From: Candidatus Tagabacteria bacterium CG_4_10_14_0_2_um_filter_40_13
GTDB lineage: Bacteria > Patescibacteriota > Minisyncoccia > GCA-002779875
Assembly (NCBI GenBank): GCA_002792165.1
Contig: PFNV01000040.1
Span: forward strand, 1 to 57,996
DNA: 57,996 bases
Direction of reading: 5' to 3'
Under the pieces are notes generated by a model. The model saw only the letters and a list, made by a program, of their open reading frames with translations, ran no database searches and had not been told where the DNA came from. Shown in pieces: positions 25,083 to 33,152 of the stretch (the first letter of the stretch is position 1; each line of letters begins with the position of its first letter). Position numbers and translations under genes: made by a program.

Positions 25083-26763
25083 TTTTTCAGACCGGATTCG
25101 CATTATCGGCATCTTACTTTTTTTTATCGCCGGCGTTCTTATTTACCGCTTATTTGACCTGCAAATCGTAAATTCCGATTATTATCGCGAAAAAGCGGAA
25201 CGTCAATATACGGCTTCCCAAATTAAATCCCCAATTGCTAATCGGGGAATTATTTATTTTCGGGAAAAGGACGGCAAAATAGTTTCCGCCGCAGTGATAA
25301 AAGAGGGCTATAAGCTCGTTATTAATCCCGGCGTTCTAAAAAATAGCGAAGATATCTACGATAAAATATCGGCTATTATTCCCGTTGACCGAGATGATTT
25401 TTTGAAGCGGGCGAAAAAAGAGAACGATATTTATGAAGAAATAGCTCATTATTTGGATCCCGATAAAGCCAAGGCAATTAATAAACTTGCCATTGAAGGA
25501 GTTAATGTTGTTCCCGAGCAGTGGCGTTTTTATCCCGGCGGAAATTTAGCTTCTCATATTTTAGGCTTTGTCGGGTATCAAAATAATGATCGCGTCGGCC
25601 AATACGGCATAGAAAAATCCTATGAGGATTATTTAAGGGGAACAGGCGAACTTTCAACCGGAAATTCTTTTGCCGAATCATTTCTTGGCCTAAGCCGCGA
25701 ACTATTTTTGAATAACCTAGAAGATAAAAAAGAAGTGATTTTAACTATCGAGCCGAGCGTTCAGGGATATCTGGAAAAAGCGCTTGAAAAAGTTGTCATA
25801 CAATATTCTGCCGAGGGCGCCGGAGGAATAATTCTCGATCCCAAAACGGGAAAAATATTAGCGATGGCCGCAAAGCCGGATTTTGATCCTAATTTTTACA
25901 ACAAAATTGAAAAACCCGCCTTGTTTTTAAATCCTCTTGTTTCCAACAGATTCGAAATGGGTTCCGTCATGAAGCCCCTTACTATTTCCTCCGCGCTTGA
26001 TAATGGAAGCATTACCAGTCAATCAACATATTATGACAACGGTTATCTCGTGATAGATAATATGCGTATTGAAAATTATGAAGTCAAAGTACGAGGGAAG
26101 GTTGATATACAAACGGTTTTAGAGCAATCTTTAAACACGGGCGCGGTTTTTGCCATGCGGCAACTGGGAAAAGAAAACTTCCGCAATTATATGTCCGATT
26201 TTGGTTTAGGAGAAAAAACCAATATTGAGCTTCCTGACGAAATTAATGGAGATATAAAAAGCTTAAATAGTCCCCGCGAAATCGAATATGCCACGGCTTC
26301 TTACGGCCATGGTATAGCCGTAACCCCTCTTGGATTTGCCGCTGCTTTTTCCGCTCTTGCAAACGGCGGTTTTCTTGTGCAACCATATATAGTTGAAAAA
26401 GCTGAAAATAAGCCTATAATCAAGCGACAGGTAATTAAAAATGAAACAAGCGAAGAAATAACGAGAATGCTGGTAAAAGTCGTAGATAAAGCGCTTTTAG
26501 GAGGCACCGTGAAAATGGCGCATTACAGTATTGCCGCAAAAACTGGCACTGCCATGATGCCTTTCGAAAACCAGAAAGGTTATTCCGATGATTATTTGCA
26601 CACTTTTATCGGCTACGCTCCCGCTTTTGACGCCAAATTTTTGATATTTTTGTATCTCAAAAAGCCGCAAGGCGTGCAATATGCTTCTCATTCTTTGACG
26701 CCGCCTTTCATGGATATTACAAAATTTTTATTAAATTATTACACAATAGCGCCTGATCGCTGA
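25063..26763 (+). CDS. ftsI: penicillin-binding protein (division transpeptidase, FtsI-like)
   Basis: SxxK (GSVMKP), SxN (SLNTG) and KTG (AKTGTA) motifs. dcw position. Confidence 0.85.
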   Translation: MIKRLDDFSDRIRIIGILLFFIAGVLIYRLFDLQIVNSDYYREKAERQYTASQIKSPIANRGIIYFREKDGKIVSAAVIKEGYKLVINPGVLKNSEDIYDKISAIIPVDRDDFLKRAKKENDIYEEIAHYLDPDKAKAINKLAIEGVNVVPEQWRFYPGGNLASHILGFVGYQNNDRVGQYGIEKSYEDYLRGTGELSTGNSFAESFLGLSRELFLNNLEDKKEVILTIEPSVQGYLEKALEKVVIQYSAEGAGGIILDPKTGKILAMAAKPDFDPNFYNKIEKPALFLNPLVSNRFEMGSVMKPLTISSALDNGSITSQSTYYDNGYLVIDNMRIENYEVKVRGKVDIQTVLEQSLNTGAVFAMRQLGKENFRNYMSDFGLGEKTNIELPDEINGDIKSLNSPREIEYATASYGHGIAVTPLGFAAAFSALANGGFLVQPYIVEKAENKPIIKRQVIKNETSEEITRMLVKVVDKALLGGTVKMAHYSIAAKTGTAMMPFENQKGYSDDYLHTFIGYAPAFDAKFLIFLYLKKPQGVQYASHSLTPPFMDITKFLLNYYTIAPDR

Positions 26764-26764
26764 T

Positions 26765-28075
26765 ATGATTAAAAAAATCCTCAAAAATTTAATAGCTGTT
26801 ATCATTACCCTTGAAGCAAAACTGATACTGAAAAGATACAAGCCGAAAATCGTCGCTGTTACCGGTAGCGTCGGGAAAACTTCCGCTAAAGACGCGATTG
26901 CGACGGTTTTGGGCCAAAAATTTTTTGCGCGAAAAAGTACCAAAAGTTATAACAGCGAACTTGGCGTGCCTCTTGTTGTTTTGGGAGTTGAAACCGGCTG
27001 GTTGAATCCTTTTATTTGGTTCGGTAATATTTTAAAAGGCGTTAAGCTTTTGGCGACACCGAAAAAAATGCAATATCCAAACTGGCTTATTTTGGAAATG
27101 GGAGTTGAGAGACCAAAAAATATGCAAAGATTTGCAGCTTGGATAAATCCCGACATTGCTGTTTTCACCGCTTTTGCGGAAATTCCGCCCCATGTCGAAT
27201 TTTTTGCCGGCCCTGAATCGTTGGTTCAGGAAAAAATGAAATTGATTCAAGGATTCGACCAAAAACATTTCGTTATTTTAAACGGCGATGATAAAACTCT
27301 TTGCGAGGCAAAATCTAAAATTCAGGCAAAAATAATTTCTTTCGGTTTCAATGAAGAAAATGATTTACGGGCATCAAATTATCACATTACTTTTCGCAAA
27401 GAAGGAGAGAAAGAGATTCCGGAAGGTATAACATTCAAAGTGGATTATAAGGGAAGCAGCGTGCCTGTCAGAATTTTCGGCGCTTTCGGCAAACACCTCG
27501 CTTATTCCGCTTTGGCCGCTTTAGGGGTTGGCTTGAGCCAGGATTTCAACCTTATCGATATCAGCGAGTCTTTATCTCAATATAAGGCGCCTCCAGGACG
27601 CCTTAGATTGATAGAGGGTATTAAAAATACGTATATCCTTGATGATACGTATAACGCTTCTCCTAAGGCCGTTCACGCCGCCTTAGATACCCTGGAGGAA
27701 TTACCGGCAACCGGCAGGAAAATCGCGGTTTTAGGCGATATGCTGGAATTAGGCAAATATACGGTTGAAGCGCATAAGGCGATTGCCGACAGAGTGATAA
27801 AGGTTGCGAATATTATTTTTGCGGTCGGACTTCGCGCGAAATTCATCGGCGAAGAGGCTAAATCGCAGGGTTTTAGCTCCGATAATATTTTTGAATTTTC
27901 GACTTCTCAAGAAGCCGGCAGAGTACTGCAGGAAATAATGAAAGAAGGAGATTTAATTCTTATTAAAGGCTCGCAGGGGATGCGGATGGAAAAAATCACA
28001 GAAGAGACAATGGCTCATCCGGAAGATAAAGAAAAATTGCTTGTCCGCCAGGAAAAAGAGTGGGGGAAGAAGTAA
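26765..28075 (+). CDS. murF: UDP-N-acetylmuramoyl-tripeptide--D-alanyl-D-alanine ligase
   Basis: VTGSVGKTS P-loop, DDTYNASP block and Mur ligase C-terminal domain. Confidence 0.85.
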   Translation: MIKKILKNLIAVIITLEAKLILKRYKPKIVAVTGSVGKTSAKDAIATVLGQKFFARKSTKSYNSELGVPLVVLGVETGWLNPFIWFGNILKGVKLLATPKKMQYPNWLILEMGVERPKNMQRFAAWINPDIAVFTAFAEIPPHVEFFAGPESLVQEKMKLIQGFDQKHFVILNGDDKTLCEAKSKIQAKIISFGFNEENDLRASNYHITFRKEGEKEIPEGITFKVDYKGSSVPVRIFGAFGKHLAYSALAALGVGLSQDFNLIDISESLSQYKAPPGRLRLIEGIKNTYILDDTYNASPKAVHAALDTLEELPATGRKIAVLGDMLELGKYTVEAHKAIADRVIKVANIIFAVGLRAKFIGEEAKSQGFSSDNIFEFSTSQEAGRVLQEIMKEGDLILIKGSQGMRMEKITEETMAHPEDKEKLLVRQEKEWGKK

Positions 28076-28079
28076 GAAT

Positions 28080-28114
28080 TTGTGTAAAATTCCGCATATG
28101 CGCGATTTTACACA
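28080..28114. repeat. 35-bp hairpin element E, copy 2 (between murF and tRNA-Glu)
   Basis: TTTGTGTAAAAT (28079..28090) pairs with ATTTTACACAAA (28105..28116). The loop contains CGCATATGCG. CCGCATATG recurs at 28117..28125. Confidence 0.75.
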
Positions 28115-28124
28115 AACCGCATAT

Positions 28125-28197
28125 GGCGCTTTCGTCTAGTGGCCAAGGACACAGCGTTCTCAACGCTGGAACACGGGTTCGATTCCCGTAAGCGCTA
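28125..28197 (+). tRNA. tRNA-Glu (anticodon CTC)
   Basis: Hand-folded cloverleaf. Acceptor GGCGCTT/AAGCGCT with G1.U72. D arm GTCT..GGAC. Anticodon stem CAGCG/CGCTG with loop TTCTCAA. T arm ACGGG-TTCGATT-CCCGT. No encoded CCA. Confidence 0.85.
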
Positions 28198-28275
28198 TAA
28201 TTTAAACTAAATACTGTCCAAAAACCCGGAAATTATTAAGAGTTTGAATCAAGTTATAATTTTAATTTATATATC

Positions 28276-29250
28276 ATGATCTGGTTTTATATTTTTATTT
28301 TTGTATTATCCTGTTTTCTTCTGGCGATATCCGGCAAATGGATGGTTTCCGCGCTTGCAAGAATAGCCAGATATCTTGGCTGGCGGGAATTTACGGTGGC
28401 TTTTATTTTTATTGCTTTCGGGACTTCAATCCCTAATCTTTTTGTAGGCATTTCCTCGGCTTTTCATAAAATTCCCCAACTCTCCCTCGGTGACGTCCTT
28501 GGCGGGAATGTGGTTGATTTGACTTTGGCTTTGGCGCTCGTGGTTTTTATCGCCAGAGGCATTAGAGTTGAAAGCAAAACAGTTCAATCATCCTCTCTTT
28601 TTACCATTGGCGTCGCGCTTTTGCCTTTAGTTTTGATTTTAGACGGCAATCTTTCAAGAACTGACGGCTTAATTTTGCTGGCGGCCTTTTTTCTTTATAT
28701 TCGGTGGCTTTTTGCCAAGAGGGAAAGATTTGTCAAAATTTACGACAGCGCGACCGAACAAGAACCGACCCCTTTTCAGGCGGCAAAAAATTTAAAATCA
28801 ATTTTGAAAAATATCGGAAAATTAACGGCTGGTTTGCTTTTGCTTCTTCTAAGTTCCGAAATAATTGTCAGATTAGCCGTCATTTTTTCCCAGAAACTTG
28901 ACGTTTCCCCCTTTTTCATAGGGCTTTTAATTATTGGCTTGGGAAATTGTCTTCCGGAAATACAATTTTCCATTGCTGCGATAAGGGCTGGCCAAGCCTG
29001 GATGGCTTTGGGCAATTTGATGGGTTCGGTGATTATTATTTCCACTTTGGTTTTGGGCACTGTCGCGTTGATTGCTCCGATTCAAATCGTTGATTTTTCG
29101 CCTTTTGCCGTGGCGCGGTTTTTCCTTCTGCTTATATCTCTATTTTTCCTTATTTTTATCCGCACCGACAGAAAGATTACCAAAAAAGAAGGGATTTTCC
29201 TATTTTTGCTATACATCGCTTTTGTGATAGTGGAAATTTTATTAAAATAA
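28276..29250 (+). CDS. Ca2+/Na+ antiporter (CaCA / YrbG-like) family membrane protein
   Basis: Two alpha-repeat blocks (GTSIPNLFVG and GNCLPEIQFS) in a 10-TM-like ORF. Confidence 0.75.
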   Translation: MIWFYIFIFVLSCFLLAISGKWMVSALARIARYLGWREFTVAFIFIAFGTSIPNLFVGISSAFHKIPQLSLGDVLGGNVVDLTLALALVVFIARGIRVESKTVQSSSLFTIGVALLPLVLILDGNLSRTDGLILLAAFFLYIRWLFAKRERFVKIYDSATEQEPTPFQAAKNLKSILKNIGKLTAGLLLLLLSSEIIVRLAVIFSQKLDVSPFFIGLLIIGLGNCLPEIQFSIAAIRAGQAWMALGNLMGSVIIISTLVLGTVALIAPIQIVDFSPFAVARFFLLLISLFFLIFIRTDRKITKKEGIFLFLLYIAFVIVEILLK

Positions 29251-29267
29251 GGCATAATTAATAAATC

Positions 29268-30317
29268 ATGTCGCAATTAATTTATATAATTTTGGCAATT
29301 TTGGGAGGAATGGTTGTCGGACTGCTCCCATTTTTCTTTATCCGTTTTCTGGGGCAGAGGAAAAAAGGCGAGGGAGAAGATAAGGCAATGCTGATGCTTC
29401 AGGAACAACTTAAGGAAATTCGCGGAACGCTTGATATGAAACTGGGAGAATCAAATCGGGCTATGCAGGAACAATCCGGGCATACGACAAGGCTTATAAA
29501 AGAAATTACGCAGGAATTGGTAAAAGTGGGGGAGGGGCAAAAACAAGTTGTGGGTTTCGCTGACCAGCTTCAAGGCCTCCAGGATATTTTAAAAAATCCC
29601 AAACAGCGCGGAGTGCTCGGAGAATATTATCTTGAAAGCGTTTTGAAAAACGTTTTGCCTCCGAAGAGTTATCAAATGCAGTATAAATTCAAAGACGGAG
29701 AAATTGTCGATGCGGTTGTTTTTGTTAAAGATAAAATCATTCCGATTGATTCAAAATTTTCCTTGGAAAATTACAACAGGATTTTGGGAGAACGCGATCC
29801 TTTGGAAAAAGAAAAATTGGAAAAAGCTTTTAAAGCGGACCTCAAAAATCGCATAGACGAAACTTCAAAATACATAAGGCCGTCGGAAGATACTATGGAT
29901 TTCGCTTTTATGTTTATTCCCGCGGAAGCGATTTATTACGATTTGCTCGTGAATCAGGTCGGCGCGATTAAAACCAATACGAAAGACATGATCGAATATG
30001 CTTTTAAAGAAAGGCGCGTCATTATTGTTTCGCCGACATCATTTTTAGCCTATTTGCAGACCGTTTTGCAGGGTTTGCGCGCTTTGCAAATTGAAGAATC
30101 TGCAAAAAAAATCCGCAAAAAGGTGGAGGATTTGGGAAAACATTTAATGTCGTACGAGCAATTTCTTAAAAAACTCGGGAATAATTTGGGCACCGTGGTT
30201 AATTCATACAACAGCTCGTATAAAGAATTTCAGAAAATAGACAAAGATGTTTTGCGAATCACGGGCGAGGGGATTGATTCAGAACCATTAGCTATTGACA
30301 AACCAGAAGAAATATGA
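29268..30317 (+). CDS. rmuC: DNA recombination protein RmuC
   Basis: N-terminal TM segment plus coiled-coil, then the RmuC nuclease-like core (DAVVF...IPIDSKF..ENY, FMFIP.E). Confidence 0.8.
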   Translation: MSQLIYIILAILGGMVVGLLPFFFIRFLGQRKKGEGEDKAMLMLQEQLKEIRGTLDMKLGESNRAMQEQSGHTTRLIKEITQELVKVGEGQKQVVGFADQLQGLQDILKNPKQRGVLGEYYLESVLKNVLPPKSYQMQYKFKDGEIVDAVVFVKDKIIPIDSKFSLENYNRILGERDPLEKEKLEKAFKADLKNRIDETSKYIRPSEDTMDFAFMFIPAEAIYYDLLVNQVGAIKTNTKDMIEYAFKERRVIIVSPTSFLAYLQTVLQGLRALQIEESAKKIRKKVEDLGKHLMSYEQFLKKLGNNLGTVVNSYNSSYKEFQKIDKDVLRITGEGIDSEPLAIDKPEEI

Positions 30318-30364
30318 TAACATCTTTTCAGATTTGAAAAATAAAAAGAAAGGAGGATTTTCAG

Positions 30365-31126
30365 ATGGTAAACAGATTGACAGAGTTTTTACTCCCGAGT
30401 ATTATAAAATATATGGTGCACAAAAAAGAAAAATTAACAGCAAAAGAAAAAAAAGCTCAGAATACCTTTTTGGCAAGCCTGAAAGTCGCAAAACGCAAAA
30501 CAAAAAATCCGGTTGTCGTAGCAATGATTGGGCTTGTTGGCTCCGGAAAAAGTTCAGTTGCCAGAAAGCTGGCGGGTTTAATAGGAGCGAATATCATTGA
30601 AGGTGATGAAATTCGCGTTTTACTCCGCAAAGAAGGGGAGAAATACGAAGGAACGCGTAAAATCGCCGAAAATGCCGCTCTGGAGATTATTAAAAAAGGC
30701 GGAAATGTAGTGATGGATTCCGACCATATTGACGCGAAAAAGCGCGCAAGTTTGCGCGCGAAAGCAAAAAGCGCGGGAATAAAAGGAATAAAACTTGTTT
30801 TTATCTGCACATATTCCGAAGATGGCGGCCAACCAGGAATACCGGGTTTTACTCTTGACACAATGATCGGCAGGAATATGACTGGAGCGTATGATGAGTT
30901 TTTCGGTGAAGCAAAAACGTCGTGGCAAGGGAACAAACAGGAAAAAGCCGCGGTTGTTAAATTACGCGAGATGATACGCCGATTACCGCATCATTATCGC
31001 TGGGAAAATAAAAATGGAGGTAGATGGATAATCAAAAATCCTCCGTGCGCTGTTTTTGCTGATATTAATACGGCAGATCCAGATTGGAAATTGGAAGTCC
31101 GGAAAATAGCCCAAAAACTTTTCTGA
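30365..31126 (+). CDS. P-loop kinase-like ATP-binding protein (AAA_33/zeta-like fold)
   Basis: Walker A GLVGSGKSS and DSDH block. AAAGGAGG SD 8 nt upstream. Confidence 0.6.
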   Translation: MVNRLTEFLLPSIIKYMVHKKEKLTAKEKKAQNTFLASLKVAKRKTKNPVVVAMIGLVGSGKSSVARKLAGLIGANIIEGDEIRVLLRKEGEKYEGTRKIAENAALEIIKKGGNVVMDSDHIDAKKRASLRAKAKSAGIKGIKLVFICTYSEDGGQPGIPGFTLDTMIGRNMTGAYDEFFGEAKTSWQGNKQEKAAVVKLREMIRRLPHHYRWENKNGGRWIIKNPPCAVFADINTADPDWKLEVRKIAQKLF

Positions 31127-31132
31127 AAAATT

Positions 31133-31170
31133 AAGGCGACCATAAGTTTTATCAAGGTCGCCTTTTTTAT
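31133..31170 (+). terminator. rho-independent terminator
   Basis: AAGGCGACC / GGTCGCCTT 9-bp stem followed by TTTTTTATTTT. Confidence 0.75.
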
Positions 31171-31256
31171 TTTAAATTAGATTTCCGGAATTAAAATTCC
31201 CGAAGTCAAATCAGAATTAAATCTCAGAGAGGAATTTAACAAAAGTTCAATTTTTA

Positions 31257-31284
31257 GCATTTGTTTACGATCGTTGACATTTGC
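31257..31284. repeat. 28-bp ACGATCGT-centred element D1 (upstream of PaaX-like paralog 2)
   Basis: GCATTTGTTTACGATCGTTGACATTTGC. 22/28 identical to D2. Contains TTGACA. Confidence 0.7.
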
Positions 31285-31312
31285 TAAATTTGCCTTTTTG
31301 GACTATAGTCGG

Positions 31313-31332
31313 ACTTACAGACACTTACAGAC
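31313..31332 (+). repeat. perfect tandem 10-mer x2 (ACTTACAGAC)
   Basis: Read directly. Lies between D1 and the ATG at 31362. Confidence 0.8.
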
Positions 31333-31361
31333 TACGAATTATAAATAATAAGTTAAACTAT

Positions 31362-31919
31362 ATGCCGAGAAGAGGCCCCGGAGTTATACAAAGAAAAATA
31401 TGCTTACTTTTATTGGGCGGTTTAGCTTTAAGTCTTTCTAGTTCTCCCCGCGCGTATTTTCAGATTTTGAAAGGCATATCTAAGGAGTGGCAGGAAATTG
31501 ACAAGCAATCCTTAAGACGCGCCATCAAAAGTTTATACGAATCAAAATTGATTACCGAAAGACAAAATAAAGACGGTTCCATCACTATCGTTCTTTCTGA
31601 AAATGGTAAGAAGAAAGCCTTAACCTATCAACTGGATGAGATGGAAATTAAAAAACCGATAAAATGGGACAAAAAGTGGCGAATTGCGCTTTTTGATATT
31701 CCTGAATATAGAAGAAAAGTTAGAGATGCCCTGCGTAATCATCTTAAACAGTTAGGATTTTATGAATTTCAAAAAAGCGTTTTTGTTCATCCGTATGACT
31801 GCGAAGATGAGATAAATTATCTCATAGAATTTTATGATATCAGAAAATTTGTCAGATTCATTGTGGCCGATTCGCTTGATAATGAATTACATTTGAAGCA
31901 GTATTTCAATTTGGTTTAG
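31362..31919 (+). CDS. PaaX-like protein paralog 2 (TM segment + wHTH-like + Cas2-fold C-terminal domain)
   Basis: KWDKKWRIALFDIPEYRRKVRDALRNHLKQLGFYEFQKSVFVHP. Hydrophobic ICLLLLGGLALSLSS. ATG 31362 chosen; the ORF is open from TTG 31281. Confidence 0.55.
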   Translation: MPRRGPGVIQRKICLLLLGGLALSLSSSPRAYFQILKGISKEWQEIDKQSLRRAIKSLYESKLITERQNKDGSITIVLSENGKKKALTYQLDEMEIKKPIKWDKKWRIALFDIPEYRRKVRDALRNHLKQLGFYEFQKSVFVHPYDCEDEINYLIEFYDIRKFVRFIVADSLDNELHLKQYFNLV

Positions 31920-31958
31920 ATTAATCCAATTGACTGGAAGTTGAGATAGGAAGATATA

Positions 31959-31986
31959 GCAAATGTAAACGATCGTATACATTTGC
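31959..31986. repeat. 28-bp near-perfect palindrome D2 (downstream of PaaX-like paralog 2, upstream of rplU)
   Basis: GCAAATGTAAACGATCGTATACATTTGC. Arms GCAAATGT/ACATTTGC around ACGATCGT. Confidence 0.75.
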
Positions 31987-31997
31987 TTTAACTCTAA

Positions 31998-32017
31998 ATC
32001 CTTGTGAATCCTTGTGA
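31998..32017 (+). repeat. perfect tandem 10-mer x2 (ATCCTTGTGA)
   Basis: Read directly, 11 nt after D2. Confidence 0.8.
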
Positions 32018-32068
32018 AGTTTTTTACCCTTCTTGCATTTATTTTGAGTTTGTATAAAATAGGTAGAT

Positions 32069-32437
32069 ATGGCGCTGAAAACAAAAAAAGAAAAATCGAC
32101 TATTGCTAAGCCGATTCATCAATCAAAATCATTCGCGGTAATAGAAACTGGCGGGAAACAATATTTGATAAAACCCGGCGACGTTATTCGCATTGAAAGG
32201 ATTGAAAAGCCCAAAAAGGGGGATACTGTTTATTTTGAAAAGGTGCTTCTTTTAGTTAAGGAGGGCGAAATAAAACTCGGCAATCCCTATTTGAAGACCG
32301 TAAAAATCGGCGGGAAATTATTGAAAGAGGGGAGATTTAAAAAAATTACGCATCTAAGATATCATTCCAAAACACGCCAGCAGAGGCGAAAAGGCCATCG
32401 CCAAATTTACAGCGAGGTTAAAATCGGCGAATTTTAG
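32069..32437 (+). CDS. rplU: 50S ribosomal protein L21 (with ~20-aa basic N-terminal extension)
   Basis: FAVIETGGKQYLIKPGD block. Confidence 0.85.
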   Translation: MALKTKKEKSTIAKPIHQSKSFAVIETGGKQYLIKPGDVIRIERIEKPKKGDTVYFEKVLLLVKEGEIKLGNPYLKTVKIGGKLLKEGRFKKITHLRYHSKTRQQRRKGHRQIYSEVKIGEF

Positions 32438-32440
32438 AGA

Positions 32441-32463
32441 TGTGGGATATCGGATATCCCACA
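32441..32463. repeat. perfect 11-bp inverted repeat TGTGGGATATC-g-GATATCCCACA
   Basis: Read directly. Two further direct half-site-like copies: ATATTCCACA at 32467 and ATATCCCAAA at 32481. Confidence 0.8.
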
Positions 32464-32493
32464 AAATATTCCACAAGACGATATCCCAAAAAT

Positions 32494-32535
32494 CAAAAGT
32501 GTATATTTTCTCCGATCGGTTGATTTATATACTTT
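32494..32535 (-). repeat. 42-bp palindromic element, copy C (terminator-like; followed by a T-run on the + strand)
   Basis: CAAAAGTGTATATTTTCTCCGATCGGTTGATTTATATACTTT, then ATTTTTATTTTTT. Lies between the convergent rplU and recR. Confidence 0.8.
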
Positions 32536-32546
32536 ATTTTTATTTT

Positions 32547-33152
32547 TTATTTCCTGTTTTCTAATGCGTTTTTTAGGGTATCTTTGTCTAGATATTCCAG
32601 TTCCGCGCCAGTTGAAATGCCACGCCCAAATCTATTGATTTTTATGGAATATTTTTTAACCAAAGGATCAAGAATTTTTTCAAGATAACGGCACGTGTTA
32701 TCTCCTTCAGCAGTAGCGCTGAATGCCAAAATAATCTCTTTAAGTTCTTTTTGAGAATCATGCTCTATTCGGCCGAACAGTTCTTTAAGGCGAATGTTTT
32801 TTGGAATTGTTTGTCCGAATGGAATAATATCTCCCAAAACAAAATAGAGGCTATTGTAAACCCCGGCTTTTTCGATATTTTCCATATCAGTGTCTTTTTC
32901 TACGACTAAAATGCGGGATTTGTCGCGGTTTATGTTATTGCAAAACCGGCATTCCGAAGAAGTGAAAAAGCGGAAGCACTGATTGCATTGTTTCGTGTCG
33001 CTTCGTAGCGCCAAAAGTAATTCGCCAAGGTTTTTAACAAAATCCGGTTCCTGATTGAGAAGCCAATAAACAAAACGCTGAGCTTGGCGGGGCCCGATAC
33101 CGGGAAAATGTTCAAAGTATTCTCTTAATTTCTGAATTGTATTAGAAGACAT
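32547..33152 (-). CDS. recR: recombination protein RecR
   Basis: HhH block FPGIGPRQAQRF, C4 zinc finger CNQC..x10..CRFC and a Toprim domain. ATG 33152 preferred; the ORF is open to 33197. Confidence 0.85.
   Translation of the reverse strand: MSSNTIQKLREYFEHFPGIGPRQAQRFVYWLLNQEPDFVKNLGELLLALRSDTKQCNQCFRFFTSSECRFCNNINRDKSRILVVEKDTDMENIEKAGVYNSLYFVLGDIIPFGQTIPKNIRLKELFGRIEHDSQKELKEIILAFSATAEGDNTCRYLEKILDPLVKKYSIKINRFGRGISTGAELEYLDKDTLKNALENRK

Noticed and set aside
30457-30936. 159-aa and 102-aa minus-strand ORFs
   Set aside because: They are antisense to the P-loop kinase gene, which has a Walker A motif and a strong SD. The minus-strand ORFs have no motifs.
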